Below are positions 1 to 11,000 of a stretch of 64,000 nt of DNA, piece after piece. Each line of letters starts with the position of its first letter. Within the stretch, counting starts at the first letter, position 1. This DNA comes from Caldimonas sp. KR1-144. Lineage in GTDB: Bacteria > Pseudomonadota > Gammaproteobacteria > Burkholderiales > Burkholderiaceae_C. The translations under genes were made by a program, and so were the position numbers. A model generated the notes under the pieces. That model was not told the DNA's origin, ran no database searches, and saw only the letters and a program-made list of their open reading frames with translations. The stretch covers positions 140,315 through 204,314 of the forward strand of contig NZ_JBMSEE010000005.1 of the NCBI RefSeq assembly GCF_049446155.1, given 5' to 3'.

Positions 1-622
1 GGCTGCCGGGCGCCTCGCCGCTGCGCGGCTTCTCCTTCGGCGCCGACAGCGCGGCCAGCGCGTTGCAGCCGAACACGCCCGCGCCCAGCACCCAGGCCCA
101 CGACCAGCCGAACCAGCCGGTGGCGATCAGCAGCACGCCGGCCGTCAGCATGCCGGCGCGGTAGAAGCCGATGCGAAAGCCGTTGGCCAGGCCGTATTCG
201 CGGCGGTCGAGCAGCTCGATCGTGTAGCCGTCGGTCGCGATGTCGTTGGTGGCGGAGAACACCGTGAACAGGCCGATCGCGATCCACACCCAGGGCCCGA
301 AGCCCTCGCCGTGCGCGGCGAACGCGAGCATCACGCCGGCCATGCCGAGGTTGGCCGCGGCGATCCACCAGCGGTGGCGGCGTGCCCAGTCGACGGCCGG
401 CGCCCACAGGAACTTCACGGTCCAGGCGATGCCCAGCAGCGAGAGCAGGCCGATGTCGGCCAGGTTCACGCCCTGCTGGCGGAAGTAGACCGGGAACAGG
501 TCGTAGAACACCCCCAGCGGCAGGCCCTCGGAGAAGTACAGCAATGCCACCCAGAACAGCTTGCGGCGGTAGGCGGGCGTGACGACGGGTGCGTCGCTGG
601 CGGTGGGGGCAGTGGTCGACAT
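1..622 (-). CDS. MFS-type membrane transporter (AmpG/PucC-like), 5' part only; gene runs off window start
   Basis: Minus-strand ORF open to position 1. ATG at 620-622. Translation begins MSTTAPTASDAPVVTPAYRRKLFWVALLYFSEGLPLGVFYDLFPVYF and contains multiple hydrophobic helices. Confidence 0.55.
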   Translation of the reverse strand, partial: MSTTAPTASDAPVVTPAYRRKLFWVALLYFSEGLPLGVFYDLFPVYFRQQGVNLADIGLLSLLGIAWTVKFLWAPAVDWARRHRWWIAAANLGMAGVMLAFAAHGEGFGPWVWIAIGLFTVFSATNDIATDGYTIELLDRREYGLANGFRIGFYRAGMLTAGVLLIATGWFGWSWAWVLGAGVFGCNALAALSAPKEKPRSGEAPGS

Positions 623-727
623 GAGGCGGGGCGAGGGGCCGGGCGCGATGATGCCCGATGCGTTGCAGGGGAGATCGCGGGCTGCCTACAGTGGGCCGCT
701 TCGTGCAACCACCCAAGGAGACAAGCG

Positions 728-967
728 ATGCGCAAGACCCTGGTGATGCTGGCCCTCGCAATGGGCACCGGCATGGCGTTGGCCCACAACTGCCCCAACG
801 AGATGAAGGCGATCGACGCCAAGCTCGCCACGAACCCCAAGCTCAGCGACGCCGAGATGGCCAAGGTCAAGCAGCTGCGCAGCGACGGCGAGGCCGCGCA
901 CAAGGCCGGCAAGCACGACGAATCGATGAAGTCGCTCGGCGAGGCGAAGAAGATTCTCGGTATTTGA
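728..967 (+). CDS. small secreted/periplasmic protein (79 aa) with signal peptide
   Basis: ATG at 728. N-terminus MRKTLVMLALAMGTGMALAHNCP looks like a signal peptide. Lys/Ala-rich C-terminal part. Confidence 0.5.
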   Translation: MRKTLVMLALAMGTGMALAHNCPNEMKAIDAKLATNPKLSDAEMAKVKQLRSDGEAAHKAGKHDESMKSLGEAKKILGI

Positions 968-1052
968 GATTTTCTATACTTGCACGCCCGTTGATCCCGG
1001 GGCCGGTCACCAACCGGCCCCGTTCGTTCCCGACCCCCGAAAGCCCTGACCG

Positions 1053-1664
1053 ATGAAGCTCTATTTCAGCCCCGGTGCCTGTTCGCTCTCGCCCCACATC
1101 GTGCTGCACGAGACCGGCCTGCCGTTCACGCCCGTGTTCGCCAGCACCAAGACCAAGAAGCTCGCCGACGGCAGCGACTTCTACGCGATCAACCCGAAGG
1201 GCCAGGTGCCGGTGCTCGAGCTCGACGACGGCACGCGGCTGACCGAGGGCCCGGCGATCGTGCAGTACCTCGCCGACCGCGTGCCGGAGAAGAAGCTCGC
1301 GCCGCCCAACGGCACGATGGAGCGCTACCGGCTGCAGGAGTGGCTGAACTTCATCACCTCGGAGCTGCACAAGAGCTTCTCGCCGCTGTTCGTGCCGACG
1401 GTGCCGGAGGAATACAAGGCGATGTCGCGCGCCAGGCTGGGCGAGCGGCTGGCCTGGGTCGACCGCCAGCTCGCCGGGCGCGACTACCTGATGGGCGACA
1501 CCTTCACGGTGGCCGACGCGTATCTCTTCGTCGTGGCCGGCTGGGGCAAGCATGTCGGCGTCGATACCGCGGGCCTGCCGAACCTGAGCGCGTTCCTTCT
1601 GCGCGTGGCCGAGCGGCCCTCGGCGAAAGCGGCGCTGGCGACCGAGGCGCAAGCGCGCAAGTAA
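1053..1664 (+). CDS. gstA: glutathione S-transferase (GstA-like)
   Basis: 203 aa beginning MKLYFSPGACSLSPHIVLHETGLPF...VNPKGQVPVLELDDGTRLTEGPAIVQYLAD...FTVADAYLFVV. Near-collinear with E. coli GstA. Confidence 0.9.
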   Translation: MKLYFSPGACSLSPHIVLHETGLPFTPVFASTKTKKLADGSDFYAINPKGQVPVLELDDGTRLTEGPAIVQYLADRVPEKKLAPPNGTMERYRLQEWLNFITSELHKSFSPLFVPTVPEEYKAMSRARLGERLAWVDRQLAGRDYLMGDTFTVADAYLFVVAGWGKHVGVDTAGLPNLSAFLLRVAERPSAKAALATEAQARK

Positions 1665-1679
1665 GGCCCCGGCAAGGGC

Positions 1680-1865
1680 TCAGGCCGCGGCGCAGTCGAG
1701 CTCGATCACCTCGAGCCCGCGGCGCAGTTCGTGGCTGGACTCGTGCCAGCCGGCCGCCGCGGGGCGCTCGTCGTCGTGCGCCGGCAGCGCGACGACGGTG
1801 TCGCGCCAGCGCTCGGCGGCGCGACGGTGCAAGGCGGCGGCGAAGAGGCGGCGAACGAGGCTCAT
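1680..1865 (-). CDS. small hypothetical protein (61 aa)
   Basis: ORF with GGAGA Shine-Dalgarno 6 nt upstream of the ATG. Lies between convergent gstA and tag. No recognisable motif. Confidence 0.3.
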   Translation of the reverse strand: MSLVRRLFAAALHRRAAERWRDTVVALPAHDDERPAAAGWHESSHELRRGLEVIELDCAAA

Positions 1866-1975
1866 GGTGTCTCCGGGCGTGACAGTGGAAGCGATGCTTC
1901 ACTGTCGGCGCCGGCGTCACGCGACGCGTCGCCCGGAGGTGGGCCCCTCGATGGGGGATGAGCGCCGCGCGCCGT

Positions 1976-2620
1976 TCAGCGCGGCACGCTCAGCGCCTGG
2001 CGCGCCTGCACGGCGCGCTCGCGCACGTGGCAGCCCTCGACGTGGTCGTTGACCAGGCCCATCGCCTGCATGAAGGCATAGACCGTGGTCGGGCCGACGA
2101 AGCTCCAGCCGCGCTTCTTCAGGTCCTTGCTCATCGCGACCGACTCGGGCGAGGTGCTCATCGCGCGCAGCGCGGCCCAGGTGAGGCGCTTGGGCCGCGA
2201 GGCCGCGTCGGCCTCGAAGCGCCAGGCGTAGGCGGCCAGCGAGCCGAACTCGTCGCGCAGCTCGAGCACACGCTTGGCATTGTTGATGGTCGACTCGATC
2301 TTGCCGCGGTGGCGCACGATGCCGGCGTCTGCGAGCAGGCGCTCGACATCGCGCTCCTTGAAGCGCGCGACGCGCTCGGCGTCGAACTCGGCAAACGCGC
2401 GGCGAAAGGCCTCGCGCTTGTTGAGGATGGTCAGCCAGCTCAGGCCCGACTGGAAGCCTTCGAGGCAGATCTTCTCGAACAGGCGCCGGTCGTCGGTGAC
2501 CGGGAAGCCCCATTCGCTGTCGTGGTAGGCGCGGTAGGCCGGCGTGGCCTGGCACCAGGCGCAGCGCGCGGCGCCGTCTTCGTCGGCGGCGAACAGGCCT
2601 TCGGGCAGGCGCGCCGTCAT
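1976..2620 (-). CDS. tag: DNA-3-methyladenine glycosylase I
   Basis: 214 aa from internal ATG (MTARLPEG...). Contains HDSEWGFPV, SGLSWLTIL and the C-X-C Zn motif region. ATG overlaps the stop of the upstream gene by 4 nt (ATGA). Confidence 0.9.
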   Translation of the reverse strand: MTARLPEGLFAADEDGAARCAWCQATPAYRAYHDSEWGFPVTDDRRLFEKICLEGFQSGLSWLTILNKREAFRRAFAEFDAERVARFKERDVERLLADAGIVRHRGKIESTINNAKRVLELRDEFGSLAAYAWRFEADAASRPKRLTWAALRAMSTSPESVAMSKDLKKRGWSFVGPTTVYAFMQAMGLVNDHVEGCHVRERAVQARQALSVPR

Positions 2621-3204
2621 GCCGACACCCCGAACGGCGCGACGCCGATCCACGCCGCGTGCAGCCAGAACGCGAACAGCGCCCACACGACGATGCCGGC
2701 GATCACCGCGATCGCCGTGTTGCGCACCGTGCCAGCGGCATAGACCGTGCCGGCGGCTCGGTCGCGCCGGCGCGCGCTGCGAAAGCACAGCACCGCCCAG
2801 ACCAGGAAGGCGCCGAACAGCAGCACGTCGGCCAGCGTGCCGTTGGCCAACAGGTGGGCGAAGGCCCAGACCTTGGTACCCAGCAGCATCGGATGGCCGA
2901 GCTTCGCGCGGATGCTGTTGCGCGGCACGTTGCCGGCCGCGACCAGCACGAAGGCGATCAGCGTCAGCAGCGCCGCGACATGACGCATGGCCACCGGCGG
3001 CGTCCACAGCACGACCGGCTGCTGGCGCGCGAGGCCATAGCCCCAGACGATCAGCACGAAGCCGATCACCGAGACCAGCGCATACAGGCCTTTCCACGGC
3101 TTCTCGCCGAGGCGCGCGACGCTGCGCGCGCGGAAGTCGTCGGCGACGATGCGCACCGAGTGGGCGCCGAGAAACAGCACGAGTCCGAGGATGAGCGTGG
3201 CCAT
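2617..3204 (-). CDS. NnrU family membrane protein
   Basis: 195 aa beginning MATLILGLVLFLGAHSVRIVADDFR, with 4-5 TM helices. Translationally coupled to tag. Confidence 0.75.
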   Translation of the reverse strand: MATLILGLVLFLGAHSVRIVADDFRARSVARLGEKPWKGLYALVSVIGFVLIVWGYGLARQQPVVLWTPPVAMRHVAALLTLIAFVLVAAGNVPRNSIRAKLGHPMLLGTKVWAFAHLLANGTLADVLLFGAFLVWAVLCFRSARRRDRAAGTVYAAGTVRNTAIAVIAGIVVWALFAFWLHAAWIGVAPFGVSA

Positions 3205-3308
3205 GTCGGGCAGGGGGCGAGCCGCGGGGCGCAAAGGGTAGCGCAGGAGTAAGCTGGGATCGACGCGCTCAATGGCTCTCGAGCGCGAGATTTGTCAGGA
3301 GACTCGCG

Positions 3309-3908
3309 ATGACTCGTTCCTCCGTCTTGCTCGCCTGCGCCGCCGCCGGCCTCGCACTGGCCGGTTGCGCGTCGACGCGGCTCGACGCGCAGTGGCTCGA
3401 TCCGCAATTTGCCGGCCGCTCGCTGGCCGGCAGCAAGGTGCTGGTGGTCTGCGACGCCGCCGACACGGCCGTCAAGCGCGTGTGTCAGGAGCGCATGGCG
3501 GCCGAGGTCGTCGCGCTGGGCGCGACCGCGCTGCCGGGGCCGGAGCAGGGCGGCACCGAGGCCTATCTGGGCGCCGCCCGCACGGCCGGCGCGAAGGCAC
3601 TGCTGGTGGCCAGCGTCGCGCCCGCTGCCAATGTCGTCAGCGGCGGACCGTCGATCAGCTTCGGCCTGGGCGGCTTCAACTGGGGCGGCGGCAGCGGCGT
3701 GGGCGGCGGCGTTGGCGTGTCGATGCCGGTCGGCGGTGCGCGCGTGCAGACCGCCTACGGCGCCAACACCTCGCTGACCGACGTCGCCACCGGCAAGCTG
3801 ATGTGGACCGGCAAGGCCAGCACGCCGGCGCAGGATGACCTGGGCGCGCAGATCGGCGAGCTCAGCCGCGCGACGCTCGGTGCGGCGCAAAAGGCCGGGC
3901 TTTTCTGA
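3309..3908 (+). CDS. lipoprotein, Gly-rich, unknown function
   Basis: Signal peptide with lipobox LAGC (MTRSSVLLACAAAGLALAGCAS). GGFNWGGGSGVGGGVGV glycine-rich segment. Confidence 0.7.
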   Translation: MTRSSVLLACAAAGLALAGCASTRLDAQWLDPQFAGRSLAGSKVLVVCDAADTAVKRVCQERMAAEVVALGATALPGPEQGGTEAYLGAARTAGAKALLVASVAPAANVVSGGPSISFGLGGFNWGGGSGVGGGVGVSMPVGGARVQTAYGANTSLTDVATGKLMWTGKASTPAQDDLGAQIGELSRATLGAAQKAGLF

Positions 3909-4046
3909 GCAATTCCCGGCTTGGCCGCGCCGCCAGGCGAACTGGCGGCGCGGCGTGGCGCTTTTCACGCTCTTGGCACCGCTGCGGGGCGCCTATCGTT
4001 CCATCACGCCGGATGTCCGTGATGCGGCGTGAAAGAAGTACCCGCC

Positions 4047-4298
4047 ATGAAACCGACTTCCTCACCCCTTTCGTCGCGCCTGCCTTACACGGCCTGCCCC
4101 ATCGAGACGATCGAATGGGAAGAGTTGCCGTCGTTCGAGGCCGCGCTGAACCACCGCCAAGGCCATGCCTGGATCAACACGATGCCGGCCGACCTCGATC
4201 CGCTGGTGCCGTCGCAGCCGTTCCAGGAGGCGCTGAACGGCGGGGTGGCCACGCGCGAGGTCCACGACCACGACGTGTTCCGTCACTTCTTCGGCTGA
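4047..4298 (+). CDS. small hypothetical protein, paralog A (C-terminal FRHFF motif)
   Basis: ATG at 4047 (GTG at 4029 also in frame). Sequence ends ...TMPADLDPLVPSQPFQEALNGGVATREVHDHDVFRHFFG. Confidence 0.55.
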   Translation: MKPTSSPLSSRLPYTACPIETIEWEELPSFEAALNHRQGHAWINTMPADLDPLVPSQPFQEALNGGVATREVHDHDVFRHFFG

Positions 4299-4459
4299 GC
4301 GCCCGGCGCCTCGCCCCACCCCTCGTTCGCGCGGGCGGTTTGACCGCCTCCGGCTTGCGGCTTTCCTGAGCGCGCGGGTGCCCGGTGCACGCGCGTTTCA
4401 GTGCGGTCGACGCGGCTATGGTCCGCGGCTGTCGATCCAGCCCGCCGCCGCGCGCCGCC

Positions 4460-4690
4460 ATGAACCCGGACCGCCTCCGCCTCGAACCGCACATCTTCCT
4501 CGCCGAGACGTCCGCGCCATCGGCCCCATCGGCTGCAACCGACGAGGTCGCGACCGAATGGGCCGACACGGTGCCGGCCGACTTCACCCTCCTGATCGAC
4601 CACGGCGCGACCGCCAGCATGCCGCTCGACGGCCTGGAGATCCGCGAGCTCGACGACAGCGGGCTGTTCCGCCACTTCTTCCCGAGCTGA
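4460..4690 (+). CDS. small hypothetical protein, paralog B (C-terminal FRHFF motif)
   Basis: Start uncertain (ATG 4460, ATG 4418 or GTG 4385, all in frame). Sequence ends ...TVPADFTLLIDHGATASMPLDGLEIRELDDSGLFRHFFPS. Shares the (W)xxT(M/V)PAD and RE(V/L)xDxx(V/L)FRHFF motifs with the ORF at 4047. Confidence 0.5.
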   Translation: MNPDRLRLEPHIFLAETSAPSAPSAATDEVATEWADTVPADFTLLIDHGATASMPLDGLEIRELDDSGLFRHFFPS

Positions 4691-4942
4691 GCCCGCCGCC
4701 GCAGGGCGGCCGGCCGCACCACGCCGCACCAGCAAAGAAAAAGCCCGGGCGCCTTGCGGCGACCGGGCTCTCCTTTTATTCCCTGAGCGGTCTTCTTGAA
4801 AGCCGCGCGAGGCTACGCGAGCGCGTGCCTTCGCGCCTCCTCCGGCTTGTGGAGGCCTGTCGCGCGCGTGGCAGGCTCGCGCGCAGCGGCGCGCGATGAT
4901 GCGCAGCTCGTCGATCCCGAGCCCATCATCAGGAGACCCGCC

Positions 4943-6478
<1,536 letters not shown>

Positions 6479-6606
6479 GCCGGCGAGACCCTCGCCCCAA
6501 CCCTCACCCGCGCGCGGGAGAGGGAGAGGGAGCAAGGTCCTGGCACGAGAGAAGGAACTCCCTCGCCCCCTTCAGGGGGAGAGGGCCGGGGTGAGGGGGC
6601 GGCCCC
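6479..6606. repeat. cluster of REP-like GC-rich palindromic repeats between convergent genes
   Basis: ccctcacccgcgcgcgggagagggagaggg and ccctcgcccccttcagggggagagggccggggtgaggggg are imperfect palindromes of the form CCCTCNCCC...GGGAGAGGG. A related copy occurs at 14467-14494. Confidence 0.5.
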
Positions 6607-7305
6607 TCAAGCGCCCAGATACGCCGGCTTCGCCGTCGACAGGCTGCCCTTGACCTGGCGCGTCACCTCGTCGATCAGGATCTCCTCCTGACCGGCCTCC
6701 ACGCCGTCGAGCGCGATGCGCGCCACGTCCGCCGCCGAGGTCTTGGGCGCGCTGACGTGCGCGGCCATCTCGGTGTCGATGAAGGCCGCATGCAGGCCGA
6801 CCACGTGCGTGCCCTGCGCGCGCAGTTCATGGCGCAGGCCGTTGGTCAGCGCCCAGGCGGCCGACTTCGAGACGCTGTAGGCCCCGGTGGTCGGCAGGCT
6901 CAGCCAGCTCAGCGCCGACAGCATGTTGACCAGCGCGCCGCCGCCGTTGGCCGCGAGCGCCGGCGCGAACGCGCGCGAGATCGCCAGCGGTCCGAACAGG
7001 TTGGTCTCGAGCTGGCGGCGCAGCGCGTCTTCGCCGTCGGCGTCGAGCAGCGCCGGCGCCAGCGCGATGCCGGCGTTGTTGATGACGAGGTTCACGTCGC
7101 CGGCCGCACGCGCCGCGGCGGCGATGTCGTCGGCGTTCGTGACGTCGAGCTTGAGCGGAACCACGCCGTCGAGCGTGATCGTCTTCGGGTCGCGCGCGGC
7201 GGCGTAGACCTTATTCGCGCCGCGAGCGAGCAGCGCTTGCGCGAAGGCGAGGCCGAGGCCGCGGTTGGCACCGGTGACGAGGGCGATGGAACCTTGGATC
7301 TTCAT
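6607..7305 (-). CDS. SDR family oxidoreductase
   Basis: 232 aa from MKIQGSIALVTGANRGLGLAF (TGxxxGxG). Contains the YSVSK catalytic motif. AGGAG SD. Confidence 0.85.
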   Translation of the reverse strand: MKIQGSIALVTGANRGLGLAFAQALLARGANKVYAAARDPKTITLDGVVPLKLDVTNADDIAAAARAAGDVNLVINNAGIALAPALLDADGEDALRRQLETNLFGPLAISRAFAPALAANGGGALVNMLSALSWLSLPTTGAYSVSKSAAWALTNGLRHELRAQGTHVVGLHAAFIDTEMAAHVSAPKTSAADVARIALDGVEAGQEEILIDEVTRQVKGSLSTAKPAYLGA

Positions 7306-7419
7306 GGCTTGCTCCTGAGATGAGGGGACGATGTGCCGAAGGGGAGACGCTTGTATGACGATCGTCATATCTCTGGGCGAGCCGTTCGGCACGGTGCGTC
7401 CAACGTCGGAAGAACGGGT

Positions 7420-8001
7420 CTAGAGCGCGGCCTGGCGCGCCAGCTTGCCGGCGGCCTGGCGCACCGCGGTGGAGAAGGCCGGATCGTCGGACGCGCGGGC
7501 GATCACCATCGCGCCGACCAGGCAGCTGAGGATGGCCAGGGCCCGCTCGTCGTTGCCGGGACGGCGCCAGCCCGGCAGCTGGCGCTCGACCAGGTCGGCC
7601 ATCTCCTTCATGCGCTGCGTCGCCGCGCGGCGCACCGGCTCGGCCTGGCGCGGCACCTCGCTGCCCAGGGCCGCGATCGCGCAGCCCTGCTCGGGCGCGG
7701 CCAGGTGGGCATCGGACAGGTAGGCGTCGATCAGCGTGTCGAGCGCGGCCGCGGGCTGGGCCGCCGCCAGCAGCCGGCCCAGGCCTTCGATGCCTTCGGC
7801 ACCGGCGCGGTCGGCCGCCTCGGCCAGCAGGTCGGTCTTGGAACCGAAATGGGCGTAGAAGCCGCCGTGCGTGAGCCCGGCTTCCTTCATCAGGCTGGCG
7901 ACGCCGAGGCCGTCGTAGCCGTGCTGGCGGATCGCGCGCGCCGCGGTGCGCACGATGCGATCGTGCGTCTCTTCCTTGCGGGTCGGGCTGTCGGTGGCCA
8001 T
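7420..8001 (-). CDS. TetR/AcrR family transcriptional regulator
   Basis: 193 aa. N-terminal HTH region RIVRTAARAIRQHGYDGLGVASLMKEAGLTHGGFYAHFGSK. Confidence 0.85.
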   Translation of the reverse strand: MATDSPTRKEETHDRIVRTAARAIRQHGYDGLGVASLMKEAGLTHGGFYAHFGSKTDLLAEAADRAGAEGIEGLGRLLAAAQPAAALDTLIDAYLSDAHLAAPEQGCAIAALGSEVPRQAEPVRRAATQRMKEMADLVERQLPGWRRPGNDERALAILSCLVGAMVIARASDDPAFSTAVRQAAGKLARQAAL

Positions 8002-8097
8002 CGCGGCGGCTCCAGGCTTTGTATGACGGTCATCATACGCGCTCGGCACCGCCGCGGCCCGCGGGTAAATCCATCGCCGCGATAGGGGCGCCCAGGC

Positions 8098-11000
8098 TCA
8101 GTCCACCTCGACCTTGACCAGGTTGTCGTCCGAGTTGCGGTTGATGCGCTTGTTGTACGGATCGACGCCGACCCAGGCCGGCGCCTGCGCGGTCACGATG
8201 CGGATCTGCTGCGCGCCGCTCCTGAGCGGCTGGCGCTCGAACAGCAGCACCGCGTCCGCGCCGAAGCCGCGCTCGCCCGGCTTGAGGCTGAACGCGCCGA
8301 CGTCGAAGGCCTCGTCCAGCGGCGCCTCGGTCTCCTTGCCCTGGCCGTCGGCGTAGAGCTTGCGCGCCTGCACGTCGAGCACGACATCGAACTTGCCGTC
8401 GGCCCGCTTGGCGGCACGGGCCTTCGTGACCTTGACGTCGAGCAGCGTGATCTTCTCGAACAGGTCGTCGATCAGCGCATCGTGCTGCGGCCCGGCCTCG
8501 GCGCGCAGGATGTTCAGGAAGTCGCGCGAGTTGGGGTAGGGCGCGGGCTTGAATGCGTACTGCTGCAGCAGCCTGGCGAGCGAGCGGTTGACGACCTCTT
8601 CGCCGACCACCTCCTTGAGCCAGTACATCGCCAGCGTCCCCTTCTGGTAATGGATGTACTGCTGGTTCTCCACGCGCGCGAGCGGCAGCTCCTCGACGAC
8701 CTCGGCGCCGCGCGAGCGCAGGTAGCGGTCGAGCTCGTACTTCAGGAAGCGGCGCATCTGCTCGCGCCCATACATGCGCTCCATCACCAGCAGCGCCGAA
8801 TACTGCGCAAAGCTCTCGATCAGCATCGTCGCGCCCTGCTGGTCGCCCGAGACCACCTGGTGCCCCCACCACTGGTGCGCGATCTCGTGCGCGGTGACGT
8901 AGGTGACCAAGTCGATCTTGGTCGGATCGGTCAGGTGCGAGATGAAGCCGAGGTTCTCGGAGTAGGGAATCGTGTTGGCGAACGACTGCGCAAAGTTCGC
9001 GTAGGCCGGGAACTCGATGATGCGCGCCTGGCGGAACTGGAACGGCGAGAACGTCGCGTCGAACAGCGCCAGCGAGGCCTTCATCGCCGCGAGCATGCGA
9101 TCCACGTTGGCCTCGTGGCCGGGGTGGTGGTAGACCGCGAGCGCGACCTCCTTGCCGGCGGGCGACTTCCACGCGTCGCGCTTGATCTCGTAGCGCGCCG
9201 ACTGCACCGAGAAGAAGTGATTGATCGGCGCGTCGGTCTTGAAGCGCACGGTGCGGCGGCCGTTGGCGGTGGTGTCGCTTTGCGTGTAGCCGGGCGCGAC
9301 GGGCACCTGGTCGGCATCGGTGGTCACCGTGATCTCGGCATCGACCCAGTCGCTGTCGGCGCGCAGCCCGTTGCGCGCACGGCCGCGCTCGTCTTCGAGC
9401 TTGGGCGGACGCAGGTCGGGCGGCAGGCCGTGCTTGCGGCGTTTGGCGCGGTCGGTCAACAGGCCCTCGCGGCTCATGCCGATGAAAGGCGTGATCTCGG
9501 TGTTGTCGATGAAGCTGCCGTTGGCGACGATGCGGGTGAGCGGCGCGCCGTTGGCAAAGCCGCGCTCCTCGAGGGTGCTGACGAAGCCGAGCTCGCGCGC
9601 CTCGCCCGGCTGCAGGGCCGGCTGCAGCTTGTAGATGCGGTAGTGCAGGTCGGTGTCGTCGTGCTCGAGCGTGGCGCCGGGGAAATCGAGCGCGTCGAGG
9701 CGCAGGCGGTCGGAGTAGTTGATGTGCAGCGTGTCGATCGGCGCGCCGCTGCGGTTCTCCAGCCGGTAGCGCCCGCGCGTGACGGCGCGCGCTTCGCGCG
9801 GGTAGAGCTGCACGTCGAGCGTGACCGCCGTGACGCGCGGCTGCGCGAGCGTCTCGTACTGCAGGTACTGCTTCTCGAAGCGCGCGGTGCGCGCGTCGCG
9901 CTCGTCCTGCGTCTCGTAGCGGTTGAGGACATTGGTGTTGTAGAAGATGAAGGCGCCGCTGGCCACCGTCGCGACGACACCCAGGCCCAGCAGGCCGAGC
10001 GCCGGGCCGTGCAGGCGGCGGCGCAGCTGCGGTGCGCGCGCGCGCAGCGTGGCCAGCGCGCCGCGGCGCCACAGCGCGTAGGCCAGCACCGCGAGCACCA
10101 GCGCGAAGGCGCTCCAGTAGAACTGGAACCAGGCCTGGCCGATCCAGAAGCGGCCCATGCCGTTCATGTCGGACAGCGGCACGGGTGGCGTGCCGGCGTA
10201 GTCGTAGAGATGGTGCTCGTAGCCGGCCGAACTCAGCGCGACCGAGGCGACGATGTACAGCAGCATCACGCCCCAGCCGATGAACTTCTGCGGCACCAGC
10301 ACCTGCACGATGACCGACAGCACCGCGATCTGCAGCGCCGCGATCGTCATCGGCAATGCGAACCACAGCAGGTAGCTGCCGAGCTCGAAGCGGAACCAGC
10401 CCTTGATCGCCTGCACCAGCACGCCGGTGAGCACCGCGACAACCGCGCAGGCCGCCAGCACCAGCGTGATCGCGACGATCTTCGGCACGAGGTGCGCCCA
10501 GTCGGGCGCCGCGGTGGCGTCAACGATCTCGTGCATGCGCCGATCGCGGTCGCGCCACACCAGCTCGCCGGCGTAGAAGATCGCGATGACGATCGGCATG
10601 ATCGTGAACGCGCCGTTGAGCGCCTGCACCATCAGCCGCGTGACCGGGTACGAGCCGCTGCCGTACCACTCGCCGGTGTTCCAGAGCGCACCGAAGGCAT
10701 TGAGCACGCCGATGCCCAGCAGCACGAAGAACGCGGGGCTGCGGAACACGAAGGCCATGTCGAAGCGCGCGAGCCGCCACAGTTGCGACCAGCGCGTCGC
10801 GCGGTCGGCGCGCGCGGTGGGCAGCGCGCCGCGGCGCGGGGCGGGCGGTGCGTCGGCCTCGTCGGCCTTCTCGGCGCGGCCTGCGCCGGCGCTGCCGCGC
10901 GACTCGAAGCGAAACAGCCGATAGGCCAGCGCGAACAGCACGACCGCAACGCCGGTCCACAGCAGCCGGTTGGCCAGCAGCAGACCCGACAGCGGCGGCA

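Noticed and set aside
4029-4690. Tandem FRHFF small proteins as RiPP precursor peptides
   Set aside because: No cyclodehydratase, radical SAM maturase, protease or ABC exporter in the immediate cluster. Reported only as a paralogous small-protein family.
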